Assembly (NCBI GenBank): GCA_965178125.1
Contig: OZ237736.1
Location: 930,001-994,000, forward strand
Length of the DNA: 64,000 nucleotides
Source: Bilabrum cf. latius
Lineage: Eukaryota
Direction: 5' to 3'
Shown here: one piece after another, positions 23,713-36,242 of the stretch
How positions within the stretch are numbered: position 1 is the stretch's first letter
Layout: the number at the start of each line of letters is the position of its first letter
The notes under the pieces: model-generated
Seen by the model: only the letters and a program-made list of their open reading frames with translations
Told to the model about the DNA's origin: nothing
Database searches by the model: none
Program-made: the position numbers and the translations under genes

Positions 23713-26700
23713 TCAGGCCAGCACGATCGAAAACCGATACTTATAGGTCGTCTCATGCTTTCCAGGCACCGTTCGGTCAAGTGAACCGATCCACTGCGGG
23801 TAATTCGTACTCCAGATGTTGTTCCACAAGTTGTACCCCGCCCCTTCCGCCGCGATCCGAGCTCCATCATCTGCCTACAGAGGCAGCGGAAACATTGTCA
23901 TATTGCCCGCCACGGCCACATTCGCATCCAGCGAAGCCACGCCGATCCTTGGAGCTCCTTTGCTGCTTGGAGGAAGCGGTGCCATGAGGCGCGTGCCGCC
24001 CGAGCGGAGAGCATCCCGGGTAGTCACTGCGTACTCGAGCGCCGGATCGCTGTAGCCTGCGCCCCAACCCCCATCAGACCGCTTGAACGGCCCAGACGAC
24101 CGAGTGCTGTTGCTCGACTCCGTGCCGGGGGACGGCCATACGCCCTTGGTGGCTGCAATCCCGCTCTGCGTGACGTGGTACTCGTTGTTCCCCGCGATGA
24201 CGACGTCGGCCGGCTCCATCCACTCCCCGATGGTGTGGTACCTCCACCTAGACACGGTCGAGCTGTTCGGGGACGGGCCTAGGTCCGGGTTGAACCTGAC
24301 GAACATGGCTTCGGGCAGCCTACTAATCGTCTTGTTGATCGTTGTGACATCTAGGGGCATCTCCACGGCGGAGGCTGCCGCGCTGCTTGCAGCTCCCCAC
24401 CTCGCGACAGGATCGTTCTTCTCAGCGCTGGATGCAGTGAGGCCAGAGAGGCGCCCCGCTGCACCTCGCGGGCGAACTGAAGCCGCGTCTAGCGCGGCAC
24501 CATCTTTGAGCACGACGCTGTCGGCGTGGTGGTGCGGCGAAGGCGACGCATCCGCGGGCTGCCAGAGAGCAATCTCTGACACCTCGGGCGCACCGTTGTT
24601 GGCGTGTGGGTCTGCCTGCCCGGGCCCTGGCTGGAACCTTACCCGAAGAACCACAGCGGGTGATGCGTGTGACGAATCGTCTGGCAGGCGAATCCAAGCC
24701 GACTCAAGCTCAGTTCCGTACCTCTCATGCGATGCCGTCTCGTTGGGCTTGCCGAAGTCCTTGTACATGTAGCTCGGGGGAGGGTCCGGCTTGCGCGAGT
24801 CGTATTCGCTCAAGAATGCCACGAAGTCTGCCTCAGAGTAGGTACGATAGTCAAGGTAGGCGAGCGGGCGTGAGGCCGAGGCCCAGGACTGCCCCGTGGC
24901 GCTGTCGTCGAACGTGGTGATGTGCCCAGTCTTGCTGTCCCACTTGACGGTGACTCGAGCAGCGGCCAGCTAAATGCCACCGACGTTACTGGTACGGGCC
25001 AGCTTCAGCCACCTGCGACCCAAATGATCCTGCACGGTGGCAGCTCCATCGATGCCGCGTACATCACGCCCAGCACCACCGCGACCTTCTGCTTCGCCAG
25101 GGGCAGCCATGGGGTCACCGCGTGTCGCAAGGTGCTCCATGCTCTGCAGTGATACGGCTGCCGGCTCCAGCTTCTTCCATTCGCTCGTGATGTTGCTCAG
25201 CAGATCGAGAGCCACCTGGTCCTTGTCGGCAGCAGGCACCCACGCCTGACGCAGAGCATCCATGGGGTAGTACAGATCAAAGTTCCTCTGCTCCTGCCAG
25301 GACTCAATCATCGTGATCCAGTTGGGCAGCCCTTGGTCAATGCAGGCGAACACCTGATCGTTGGTCCAGTTCTGATAGTCCTTAAGCCAGGTCTTCACGT
25401 CCTTGCCATCGGTATGCTCGATCAGCTTGATGAACAACCGAGTAAAATTGCCGACCGCGGGGCCGAGCGCATCCGTGACGTCGTGCAAGGAGGGGTCAGA
25501 GGCACCGGCGCTTCTCATCGAGTCGGCTTTGTCCGCCACGGCCGCTGCGTACTATCTCATGACCACTCGACCCATCGCCTGCTTCAGAGGGTCGCTGGCG
25601 ACGCCGTGAGACCACGTCTCGTCAATCTCCTGTTCCAGCACGGGCAGCTTGTCGCGGACGCCATCCAACAGTGCGACAAAGTCGTCAAATTCGGCAGTGA
25701 CCACCTCAGTGCCTGGGAATGTCTTCTGTATGTCAGCGTACGTGGAGAGTACTTCGGCCACGCTCTCAGCGGGCCCTTGGTTGTCCCCTCTCCAATAAAA
25801 GACCAGGGCAGTATCCAGCCCCGGGACCACGACCGCGTCCGAGGTACCATATCCACCGTACCCATGGGAGTGCCACAGCGCCAGAATGTCCTCTTTGCTG
25901 GCGGGGTCCCGCCACACGAAGGCACGAGGCACGGCAGGGGCGGAGGACCCATCGTTGGCACCGACAGAGAAGGCCTTCACGCCCCTGTTTGCCAGCAGCG
26001 GGATGATGGCAGCGCGTGGAATACCGGGGACGTCTCTCTGAGACAAAGTGGCTTTCGGCGGGAGGCTGAATTGCTTGTCGATGTCGTGCGTCCAGTCGGT
26101 GCCGGTGGCCAGGAGCACGGGGTCCGCGATTCCGAGCTCGCTGTTGAACGGGTGAGCGTGCCACGTGAGATATCCTTTTGCGATGCTGTCTTTGAATTGA
26201 AGCAGCTCTGTCGCGCTTGGGCATGCAATTCCCATGCCTGCCGGGCAATCTAGGTACAAGCTGACCAACCAGCTCTGTGTCATAAAGTTCATCCGGGGCT
26301 CTGCCTTTCCCCGCTGCCGCAGCTCTTCTCCAATTGTCCAGGCCCTTGGGAAATGCTATGTGAACCAAAGATTGATGATGTTCACGGTAGAGTTTAAAAA
26401 GCCAGCATCGAAGTGCGATGCTTGCACGACCATAACCTTCTTCAACGGAGTTGCCTTGTACGACGGATACGTGCATCCTGCTGTGCTGTTTTCGCGGGAT
26501 GGATCAAAACAGCAACGCTTAGACTGACATTCTGCTTCCGATGGGTATAAGCTGGTGTACGTTGACGGTCCACACCAAACTCTGCTGCTCGCATCAGGCA
26601 CAAGATCGCAGGTTGCCTGCGCACGTGCATCCACAGGATCAGCCGCACATGCGGCGAGACACAGTAGAAATGAACACTTCAGTCGAGAGATCTGCTTCAT
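23713..26700 (-). CDS. Secreted trefoil (P-type) + DUF5054/GH38-N-like glycoside hydrolase-like protein
   Basis: Signal-peptide-like N-terminus, then trefoil C..RVWCG..EAECQSKRCCFD..C. Core motifs SHFDAGF, TWHAHPFN, DVPG, EIDETWSHGVASDP, IEHTDGKD. The terminal NLWNNIWSTNYPQW..YRF motif lies after the last TAG. 4 TAGs, TGA stop. Confidence 0.82.
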
Positions 26701-26882
26701 CAGAAGCACTAACTTGCTGAATGGAAGTGAAATTGATTCTGTGCAACCGATCATTTTGTTGCGTGTGCTTAAGCATCCCACTGATCCGGATGCCAATTCA
26801 ACGCAGAATTGCCTGTCTTGTGCGCTCATATGTACGTAAACATCCCGATTAGCTGAAGCTTAGAGTAGTATATAGACTCGCG

Positions 26883-29732
26883 ATGAGAGGAATTAGGGCT
26901 AGAGGAGCAGTACTGTGCCGATCCGTGCTCCGGTGCAGACAGTTCATCGTTGAAAGGAGAAGGACTACCCGGCTTGGCCAAGTTACCCTCTCGCAGCATT
27001 GGAATATAATGGATAGTTATCAAAATAGGTTGCTTTGCACGGAAAAAAGGCCGGATGCGTCTGCAAAGAGGTTCCCCGACGCGATCCCTGATACCATGTA
27101 CAACACCGGTAACCACTACGACCTTGATCCTGAGCACAGCGCTATCATTGATTCGCAAACGAGGGCACGCATCGACCAAGCCACAGCGACCTCCACGACG
27201 TTCGCTTCAACTGCGTAGTCGGTGGCAACACAGGCGATCACGAATACAGTGCAGACAGCCCAAGGCGTGGCATCAGCGTATCCCGAAATCGAGACAATTC
27301 TAATGAAAGCGCTTAAGACGGAGCAGCCAATGACGGTGCGAGTCTCCCTGATTTTCGCCTTGGCCGTGCTCTTGCTCATCTCCTTCGCGTTCGGCAGAGA
27401 GATGACGCAATTTTTTAAGGCGCAGGTGAGCGAGACTACGAGCGAAGTTGCAAGCAGTGTGCTGGGAGACGAAGCCACGCAGCGGTCTACTTCGGAGTTT
27501 AGCAAAGCCGTGATCGCCCAGGTCCTTGAGGACGAGGCCACGAGAAAGAGGCTCATGGCCTTCTTGGAGCAGACGCTCACCTCGGACGACACGGCCAAGA
27601 TACTCTAGGGCGTCGTGGCGGGAGTCTTGCAGAGCGAGGCCACCAGGAAGGAGCTGTACGACCTGATCATGGATCCGTACACGCAGAAGGTGCTGTTGGA
27701 CCTCGTGCTCTGGCTGTTCCAGCAGGAGTCTACCACTCGTGACCTCTCCAAGCTGGTTGTGTCCTTGCTCGCAGACGAGTGGTTCAAGGAACAGGGGCAC
27801 GAGATGCTGGTGCAGCTGCTCATGGGCGTGGTCCAGGACCCCCGCGTGATGCAGGCCACTCTCAAGTCCCTCAAAGACATGGTCCAGGACCAGTCTCTGC
27901 AGCAGTCCACGGGGAGTGCCCTCTGGTCTGCTGTGGCCACCCCTTTCCTGCCCTCCACCTGGCTCCGTGGCAAGGCCAGAGAGGCTTCCGACCAAGGGCG
28001 GGCGGTGGAGAACCCTCGAGAGGGAGAAGGTGGGGAAGCCAAGGGAGCAGTCAGCGATGCAACCAGGGCTAGACCTGGTACGAGAGGGCTGCGTCAGGCG
28101 ACGAAGCCCGAATCCGCTGCCACCCAAGATGGCACACAGCAGAAGCCGTCGGGATAGGAATCGAAGAGAAGCTCACCGCTAGATGCACCTGTATAGCCAG
28201 TTGATTGGAAGAAAGAGACAGGAACTGGGTCATCAGTTGTAGCGGAAGGTGCGCACTCTCATGGCCAACCGGGCGCTCAGTCAAGCCCTCCGGCAAGTCG
28301 TGCTCGCGCAGACAAGAGAGATCGTGCGGCCGGCGAACTTGCCGCGAGTAAAGATCATGCAGAAGGCAGTACGGCCCGGACTACTACTGGCACGATCGAC
28401 GACAAGCCGAAGCCCGCCCAAGCCGATGCACAGCCAAGTGCTAGTGCAGGCACTGCGGGGCCTGTAGTGGTCAAGTCTGCTCAGGTTCCCCCCGCCAGGC
28501 AATCAATCAATCGAAAAGCGGAATAGATGAAGGTATCAGTTAAAGGTGCGCCAGGTGTGCCGAAAGTCGAACGGGGCGAGAGCAGGAGCTCCGTGCGTCA
28601 GCCACCGGTAGATCATGTCAGCGTTGGTAAGACCGCCGCTGAAGGTGCTCCTGATAGCGAGCCTTCTGCTGCTTCACAGGGTCCCCAGGCAGACTCAGCC
28701 GCAGAAACGGGCTCTACTTCAGCGAGCCACCCTATTGAGAGTTTGACCGAGGAGCCCTCTGCCGACACCGAGCACACTATGCCGGAGGTGTAGTCCCGTG
28801 ACGAGATAGAGGTAGCTGTGTTCGGTGATGAGCCAGCCGAAGCGGATGAATCGACCGATGCAAGCGAGCCAGAGATTACCGGTGGGAACAGCTAGCCTGA
28901 CTCGAGAGACTTGGAGTCCCCTCCTAGTGCCAACTCTCCTGGTGACCACTCATCATCAATTGCACGCCTGTCGGAAGGCTCTGAACAGGCAGCATTGGGG
29001 ATGCGAAACAGTATCAAGACACCTAGCAAGCAAACCTTGTCCGATTCTGGTAGTGCGGTACCATCTCAGAACTAGCGCAGGGCAGGCAGACCTGAAAGGT
29101 ATAGCAATGGGGGTGATGATGGCGCTGCCACTCGTACCACGAGTGACGGCTCCATGGCAGATGCAGATCCTGCAGCAACCGAACTGAACAGCGTGTCAGA
29201 GCCGCGGGTTTCTCTCTCCGGCGACAGGAGGTACGGATCTGTGCACGAGACCAGGACATATCCAACTCAGCACGGTGGGCCTGGTCGACTTCGGCCTGCC
29301 TTTGGGTTGCAAGAGGAGTTTCAACGAGGTATCGGAACGATTGGGTCCATGGTAGACAGCATTCAGGACGAGAAAATCAAGCGAGGCATTGGCAGGATCG
29401 GCTCTGTGGTTGGCAAGATCTAGGATGCTGCCAAAGACACTGTGGCAAGTGTTAGACAGCAGTCGCGTGCCCCATCTGCGGGCTCCAAGGCCGCGCCGGA
29501 GCACGGCAGCGGTGCCAAGTGGGAGCCTGACCTTCCCACCGAGTTCCTCGATGTGAGTCCGAATAAAGGAACCGGTGCTGAGGGAAAGGGTGTTGGCAGG
29601 CAGCCAGTGCCGCGTCAGACAGCAGCAGGCAGCAAGCGCCTCAGAGGTGCCACGATAGCTCAGGGAGCACGAAGCATCCCCAGTGTTGCTTCAGGCCAGG
29701 CAGAGCAGGCCGCCGGCTGGTAGAGACAATGA
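26883..29732 (+). CDS. Hypothetical membrane protein (~950 aa) with Arg-rich, presequence-like N-terminus and long disordered tail
   Basis: One frame with about 10 TAGs ending in TGA at 29730. Single hydrophobic segment VSLIFALAVLLLISFAF followed by a helical repeat region. Confidence 0.7.
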
Positions 29733-29824
29733 GGTTTTGAGTGTCTGTCCAAGCGCAGACGTGAACAGTGTACAGCAACATGCAATTGACTGAATTACGC
29801 AAAACACTCCACCCTTATGGTGAG

Positions 29825-30415
29825 CTACCCTTATGGTGAGCGGCCTCTCCAGCGGCACTCTAGTCTAGCTTCAGTGCCCCGCGCCCACCACACTGTTCCT
29901 CCCGTGACAAGTCACAGCATGACAATCGGCCCTTTTCCCCCGACCACGAACCTGTCCTGCCCCAGCAAGCGGACTGGGGGCACGGCAAACGGGTCGTTGC
30001 CTCCTCCATCGCCATTCTCGGGCCGCTTGCGACACGCGGCTGCGGCAGACCCTGCCTCCGAGCCCATGCGTGCAGAATGATCCACAAAACCTGGATACCC
30101 TCTTGCGCCGCTAACGCTCCTCGCCGACTGCTTGAGTCCTGCATCCGCCCCAGACACTACAACCTTAGCACTGTTGCCCCGATTCGCAGTTTCGGCACGC
30201 GTGCGCCTGTCAGCCACAGAGTCGCTGGCCTCCATCTCGTGGCGGGTGCGCTTACGGCGCCGCTTCTTCTTCGGCTTCGTGGCGGCGAGTAGCTTCTCCA
30301 CCATGGTTTGCTACTTGGCTCCACTTGCAGCTCTGGGCGGGTCTACGATCACGCTCTGCCCAACGGTCCCAGTTCGGTTGTGCTTGGTTAGACCCGCGAT
30401 GCCCAGCTTGAAGAG
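29825..30415. repeat. ~590-bp segmental duplication, copy A (copy B at 33924-34514)
   Basis: Near-identical direct copy at offset 4,099 nt with only scattered substitutions. Confidence 0.95.
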
Positions 30416-30880
30416 CTGGGATAACCCGTCAGGCACTCCAATTTCGCGAGCTTGTTCGGCAGCCCGCTGGTGACTCAACACTGCGATGAGGTCCGCAGGG
30501 TACATCGTCACTTCATCCCCCTGTTCATCTTCATCTTCGTCTTCATCGCTACCGCTGGGCATGCCTTGCAGAAGGGTGTCACCACCGCCAGCGGTACGGC
30601 CCTTTGCCAAGGCATGGTCCAGCTGGGTCTTCCCGCTGCCCGTGTCAGCCCCCCTGGCAGCGGGGCGGGTGGACGCCGAGCCTACATCCTTGCCTCTTCC
30701 TGCGGCCGCCGGGCGCGGAACTCCTACATCTGCCGCTGCCACACTTGACGATGCAGAGGTCTGCTTTCCGGTCGCAGCAGGCCAATACGATATCGAACTA
30801 GGTATTGCTACCTCGAGACGGTCCGTCCACCTGTTTTTTCTGCCTCTGGGAACCGGCTTACCGTCGCCGCCAGCGCCCAT
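29912..30880 (-). CDS. Hypothetical low-complexity protein sharing its C-terminus with 34011-36242; possibly 5'-truncated or chimeric
   Basis: ORFs 30311-30880 and 29912-30304 are joined by one TAG. Basic KPKKKRRRKR (NLS-like) motif. The upstream frame is closed by TGA near 31052. Confidence 0.5.
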
Positions 30881-31180
30881 CGGTTGGCGTGTAGCGGCAG
30901 TGCCTATATTTTGCCGGACACTCGCCGCTGTCTCGTCGTCGGACCCATCGGTCGAGATCCACTGCGGTGTGTGGGATGATATGGCAGAGGGGATAAGCTG
31001 AGGTGTCGACCGATTGCCAATTGTGCTCCATACTTCCCCACAAGATGGTTCTCACGTCTTCCGGGCCCGACTCTGAATCTGTTTCCCAAAACTCTGGATC
31101 GGACGACTCGTATCCATTCTGCAGGTTCTAATTGAGTCCCGAAATATATACAGATTCACTCAGGCTTCCTACGGCAGCTT

Positions 31181-31322
31181 GGAAGAGCTACGCCACCCCA
31201 AAACCTCACCTATGCACGTGCCATATCGCCGTCGTTTGCTACCCGCCAATCGATACGCAAAAGCTATCCTGCTTGTCAGCAGGAAAGCAATGTGGATGGG
31301 ATAGTCTGTCTGTATGTCTGAA
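31181..31322. repeat. ~140-bp dispersed non-coding repeat, copy C (copy D at 33709-33849)
   Basis: GGAAGAGCTACG..CCCCAAAACCTCACCTATGCACGTGCC..GATAGTCTGTCTG is present twice with few mismatches. Confidence 0.93.
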
Positions 31323-31386
31323 TGTCTGAATGTCTGAATGTCTGAATGTCTGAATGTCTGAATGTCTGAATGTCTGAATGTCTGAA
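31315..31386. repeat. (TGTCTGAA)9 perfect tandem repeat
   Basis: Nine exact 8-mer copies counted. Confidence 0.97.
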
Positions 31387-31442
31387 TGTTTGTAACAAAT
31401 GTGTACGCAACTTGTTGAACTGAGCACAACAATGTATCCGGG

Positions 31443-31471
31443 ATTTCTGTATTTCTGTATTTCTGTATTTC
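31443..31471. repeat. (ATTTCTGT)3.5 tandem repeat
   Basis: Directly visible; related to the TGTCTGAA unit. Confidence 0.9.
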
Positions 31472-31888
31472 ACAAAGTATTATTCTTGTATTCTGGTACA
31501 AGGCCTGAGCTTTTTTCATACTGGACTCAACGCAAGTGAGTTTCAAGGCACAGCCTTAAACATTCAAACACCTTTCCGTTTTGTTCGGCTGGGTGTGTGT
31601 CTGCTTCGTACGCTGCCGGGGGAACTCGTCCACTCTACGTGTTCGAGTCCCTCTCTGGCAGTGCGCCTCCCTTCGGTCTAAAACGCAAGAACACGGTTTA
31701 CTGTGGAATGTCTGTACCGTACAATTAGAATGGGCAGAAATGCTGCAGATTCTGCATTTCAGAAGTGTTCCCGCGTTCTCTTTCTTCGCAGAGCCATCCT
31801 CAAAGCACAGACGCTTTTCATCTCATTTGACGCTGTCTCTTAATACCAATATAAAGCATCGACACGCTCCCTGTTTCGTTGCCCTGGC

Positions 31889-33499
31889 ATGTCAAATCTA
31901 GCACCTGCTGCTTCGCATTGTCAAAGGAAACGGTGCGCCAGCCTCCGATCGAAGATCATGTAGACTCGAAGCGTAGCGGGGCAGGTTCATCATGCCATCT
32001 AGGATATCACCTCTCGCGTGAATGAACTGCAAGCCGGACAAGAGGCAATTGACCTATCGATCGGCCACAAGCACCAAAGGCCCCCAGCTTGGTTTACAAG
32101 CAGCGCAGCAAGCACGGCGAAGCTCCCAACTCATCCAAGACGGGATGTCTAGCATGGAGATTTCGATACGAAGTCTGCCATGCTGACCTCTTGCATCAAC
32201 AAGGTAAACAGGCGCCTCTTTGCCGCCGAGAAGGGCATCCGGGCTCTGGTGCCGAGGATCGAACGCCTGTAGACATCTCAAGGCCTCCTGCTGCAAGGGA
32301 GTGGTCCCAAAGAGTCCACCACTGGCAGAGGCCGGGCTGCCACAGGTCGGCGACCGTAGGTCAGGGAGCAACCCGAAAGAGGCAGAGTCGCGGCAGCGCG
32401 TGTGCCGAGGGAAAATTATGAGATCAAACTTTCCATCTTGTAGAGATCTCTCCGTGCCACGTGGATGAAGGTTAGGTCGATCGAGGCCGAGCTCCACGCA
32501 CTGTCGTAGCAACTTGGCGCGCTTGAAGCGCAGGAGGCAATTGCTGTCGGGTTTGGCCTTTCAATGGTGCGCGCTACCTTTGGGAGAGCGCCGTCGTCCA
32601 CATACGGAGATGGGGCTCTGCGTTCACCTTCTCTGGAGGTCCGGGACCAGACCGCTGGGTCCCGTCCATCAGCAGGGCAATCCCCCTCTCGTTGCTCCCC
32701 CCCACCGACTCAAGATGCCTTGGCAGCGACAACTTTTGCCCATAAACACGCCAGAAAGTAGTCAAGGACCGGGGCGTCGAAGCAGAAATCGGTTCGGAAC
32801 AACAAGCTTGTCGCCAGCAGTCGAGCTGCGGCAGCCGGGCAGCAGGGTGGTGAGGCAAAGACACCTCGAGCTAGTCGTGGCGTTGAGACGATAGGGTCTG
32901 TGCGCAAGAGCGCCTCATCAAAGACTGGGGTGTCAGTACGCTAGGACACCGCAGCGGCGGGTGCTGAGTCACTGGGCCGAAAGCAGAATGGATCCACAGA
33001 TATCAGGCTTAGTGAGTCGCTTGTCGTCCCATGTCTCGCACATAGCCAGCTTCTACCCGCGCGCTGCAACCCACCCGCCTGTGCATCCTATCCACCTGCT
33101 CCTTTCCCTTACGTCGAAGTGTACCCTGGAGCTCTGCAAGATTCTCCAGTTCCAGTGATGCTAAACGGCAACAGCCTGCTCTTCTTCCGACCCAGGGACG
33201 GCGCGGACGCCCCAGCCGATGTAAAAACTAGGCACGGAGGCACGTTCAACAAGACTGGGAAGCTTGCAGTCAAGGACACAACTGCACACATACCCTTCAG
33301 AGAACTATATCTGGGGTAGAAGGGTGGGAGACGCTGCTTTGCTCTGTATGATCCAGTGCGCCATGCCGACTTACCGCCGGGCTGCCCGCAGTTCGAGGTG
33401 ACAATTGACGGTATTGCCCATTTAGCGATTTCCTGTAATCGATGTGGGGTCACCAAGGGCAAGGGTGATGGCAAGGGTGCTCGTAGCACTGCGACGTGA
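31889..33499 (+). CDS. Orphan coiled-coil protein (up to ~536 aa) visible only with TAG=Gln
   Basis: Frame read from ATG 31889 to TGA 33497 has 10 TAGs and no TAA/TGA. A possible frame-preserving intron runs 33012-33149/33155. Confidence 0.65.
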
Positions 33500-33708
33500 C
33501 CCTGGGTGCTTGGTAAAATAGCTTCCTGATACATACTTGTACGTGGCAAGATCCACAGCGTGCGATACAATAGCACCAGACACTGCCAACTGTGCGTTTA
33601 AGAAGCATGCTGTTGAAGCCTAGAAACGATGACAGGCCGGACGCAGAGGCTGTTGCGCCTGGTTGCGACCACTGGCAGCGAAGATGAGTTCTAGAAACAG
33701 ATTTGCAA

Positions 33709-33849
33709 GGAAGAGCTACGCTACCCCAAAACCTCACCTATGCACGTGCCATATCGCCGTCGTTGGTACCCGCCGATCGATACGCAAAAGCTATCCTGTT
33801 TCTCAGCAGGAAAGCAATGTGGATGGGATAGTCTGTCTGCATGTCTGAA
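33709..33849. repeat. ~140-bp dispersed repeat, copy D
   Basis: Matches 31181-31322 but carries only one TGTCTGAA unit. Confidence 0.93.
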
Positions 33850-33923
33850 CGCCTGTGAAAAAGCAAAAATATGGTTTACCGTGGAATATCTGCACCGTAC
33901 AACTCGTTTTGACCCGCTTCTCT

Positions 33924-34514
33924 CTACCCTCATGGCGAGCGGCCTCTCCAGCGGCACTCTAGTCTAGCTTCAGTGCCCCGCGCCCACCACACTGTTCCTC
34001 CCGTGACGAGTCACAGAGTCACGATCGGCCCCCTCTCCCCGACCACGAACCTGTCCTGCCCCAGCAAGCGGACTGGGGGCACGGCAAACGGGTCGTTGCC
34101 TCCTCCATCGCCATTCTCGGGCCGCTTGCGACACGCGGCTGCGGCAGACCCTGCCTCCGAGCCCATGCGTGCAGAATGATCCACAAAACCTGGATACCCT
34201 CTTGCGCCGCTAACGCTCCTCGCCGACTGCTTGAGTCCTGCATCCGCCCCAGACACTACAACCTTAGCACTGTTGCCCCGATTCGCAGTTTCGGCACGCG
34301 TGCGCCTGTCAGCCACAGAGTCGCTGGCCTCCATCTCGTGGCGGGTGCGCTTACGGTGCCGCTTCTTCTTCGGCTTCGTGGCGGCGAGTAGCTTCTCCAC
34401 CATGGTTTGCTACTTGGCTCCACTTGCAGCTCTGGGCGGGTCTACGATCACGCTCTGCCCAACGGTCCCAGTTCGGTTGTGCTTGGTTAGACTCGCGATG
34501 CCCAGCTTGAAGAG
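33924..34514. repeat. ~590-bp segmental duplication, copy B
   Basis: Matches 29825-30415. Confidence 0.95.
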
Positions 34515-36242
34515 TCGGGAGGCTGAGGCCCTCGGCTTGGAAACAGGAGGAGGAGCCTCTGGCGAACTCCAGCTGGCCCCTAGCCCGCATTTCTCTTTTG
34601 AGATGAACTTCCCATTGGGTCTCCGTGGCCGCCAGTTGCCTCGCATTTGCAAGGGCGGTGGGGTGTAGATAGTCGAGAAGGCACTCTTGCTCATCAGCCG
34701 TGCCTCGGGAGAGTGGCTCCCCCCACCCGAGGCTTCCCTCGAGGCAATTGCAGAAAGCTGGCTCCTGGGGGATGACTGCGAAGACGGGGAGGAGATTTCT
34801 TTGGACGGCTGCCGCTTCTCGATCGTGGCAGCTGCGCTTGGGGAGAGCACGGCCCGCCTTGTTCTGTCTGCTTCTGGGGACGAAGCGGCCGCGCTAGCCT
34901 TGTCCGACCGGGGCAGGGCCCCATTGCTCATCTTGTCGGACCGGGGCGGGGGCTCATTGCTGGGCTTGCCAGCATCAACCGCAGTACGACTGGCCGCCGC
35001 TGCCTCCCGAGCCGCTGCAGCTCCCTTCGACGTGTCCCCAGCAAGCCCCTTGAAAATGCCCCATGCACGCCCCTTGAGGTGGACTCCTGCAGCTCCCTTC
35101 GGCGTGTCCCCTGTAGCAACCACGGCAGCTGCGCTACCGCGGTTATTTGGATGATCAGAAGAGACAGAAGTAGTAGAAGCGTGCTCACCCACACGCCGCT
35201 TTTTCGAGACTGGGCCCAAGGCCATTTCTGGGGTGCTTGTCGGCAGGACTGTGCTCGGGCTAGCAGCACCCGCAGCTGCTGAAGTGTCACATTTGACCTT
35301 ATTTGCAATGGCTGGGCGCTTGAATCCATCTGAAACGGTGCGTAGGATCGGAGCTTCGCGTTCGTAATCGGGCGTAGACGCGCGAGCATCCAATTGGAGC
35401 GGGTGCCCCGCCTTTGGCATGGCTGGGGCACCAGCTTGGCTCGATGTAGAGCCAATCATCCTCAACGCGCGATCGTTCCTCTCTGGCTGCTCGTTGTCCT
35501 CCCCCTTGCATGGACCCAGCAAAGGCCCAGCAGATCCACTCTCACCACCACCTGCTGTGTCCTTTTTCGGCGTGCCTTCGGCCGCCCGAGGAGATCTAGA
35601 TTCGCTTCTACTCCTTGGCTTCCCTTGTAATACGTACTTCTTGGTCAAGTACCGAAGCTTTTCGGTCGAAGCGCTCAAAGCCTTCGCTTTGATTTTTCCT
35701 GGAAGCCGTGCCTCCAGTAGCAGCAGCATATCGGTTCGAGAAGCTTGCGCAAGACAGCTAGGGATAAGGTCCTGCCTTGTACTTATAACAGCCGCAGGGC
35801 TGGTTCTCCACTTTCGATAGAAGTACAGCAACGCCTGCATATGCTGTCGCTCCGTCAGAACGCTGCGCTTCGGTGCAAGGCCAAGCTTATTCACGGTTTT
35901 CTCAAGCTTGACCTAACCCCACGAGCATAAATCCTTCTAGCTTGGAATCACGAACGTATTCCGTCGAATTCTCTTCGCCTTGGCCCTCGCAGCATTCGTG
36001 GGCGCATTTGGCAGCCTGCTAGTTGAAGGTCGTTCTCGTGCTGCTAGCTTCGGTGCAACGAGAATTTTCAATCCACCTTGTCCTATGACACTAAACATAT
36101 CATCCAGACTAGCGAATCCTACTATGGGTGCCTCCATTTGTCTGCCTTTGAAGTGTTGCATTGCTGTGCGGGCACTTGTCGTCGATTGAGCAATTCCTGT
36201 CATGCCATCCGGCTGCTGCCAGCAGTGCTCCGCGGATGTCAT
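34011..36242 (-). CDS. Hypothetical basic/low-complexity protein (~743 aa)
   Basis: ORFs 35937-36248, 34410-35894 and 34011-34403 share one frame joined by 3 TAGs. TGA stop. Confidence 0.65.

Noticed and set aside
31169-31546. ORFs with IQTFRHSD repeats; possible CRISPR or telomeric array
   Set aside because: They are a translation of the (TGTCTGAA)9 tandem repeat. There are no spacers or cas genes, and the unit lacks the G-run typical of telomeric repeats.
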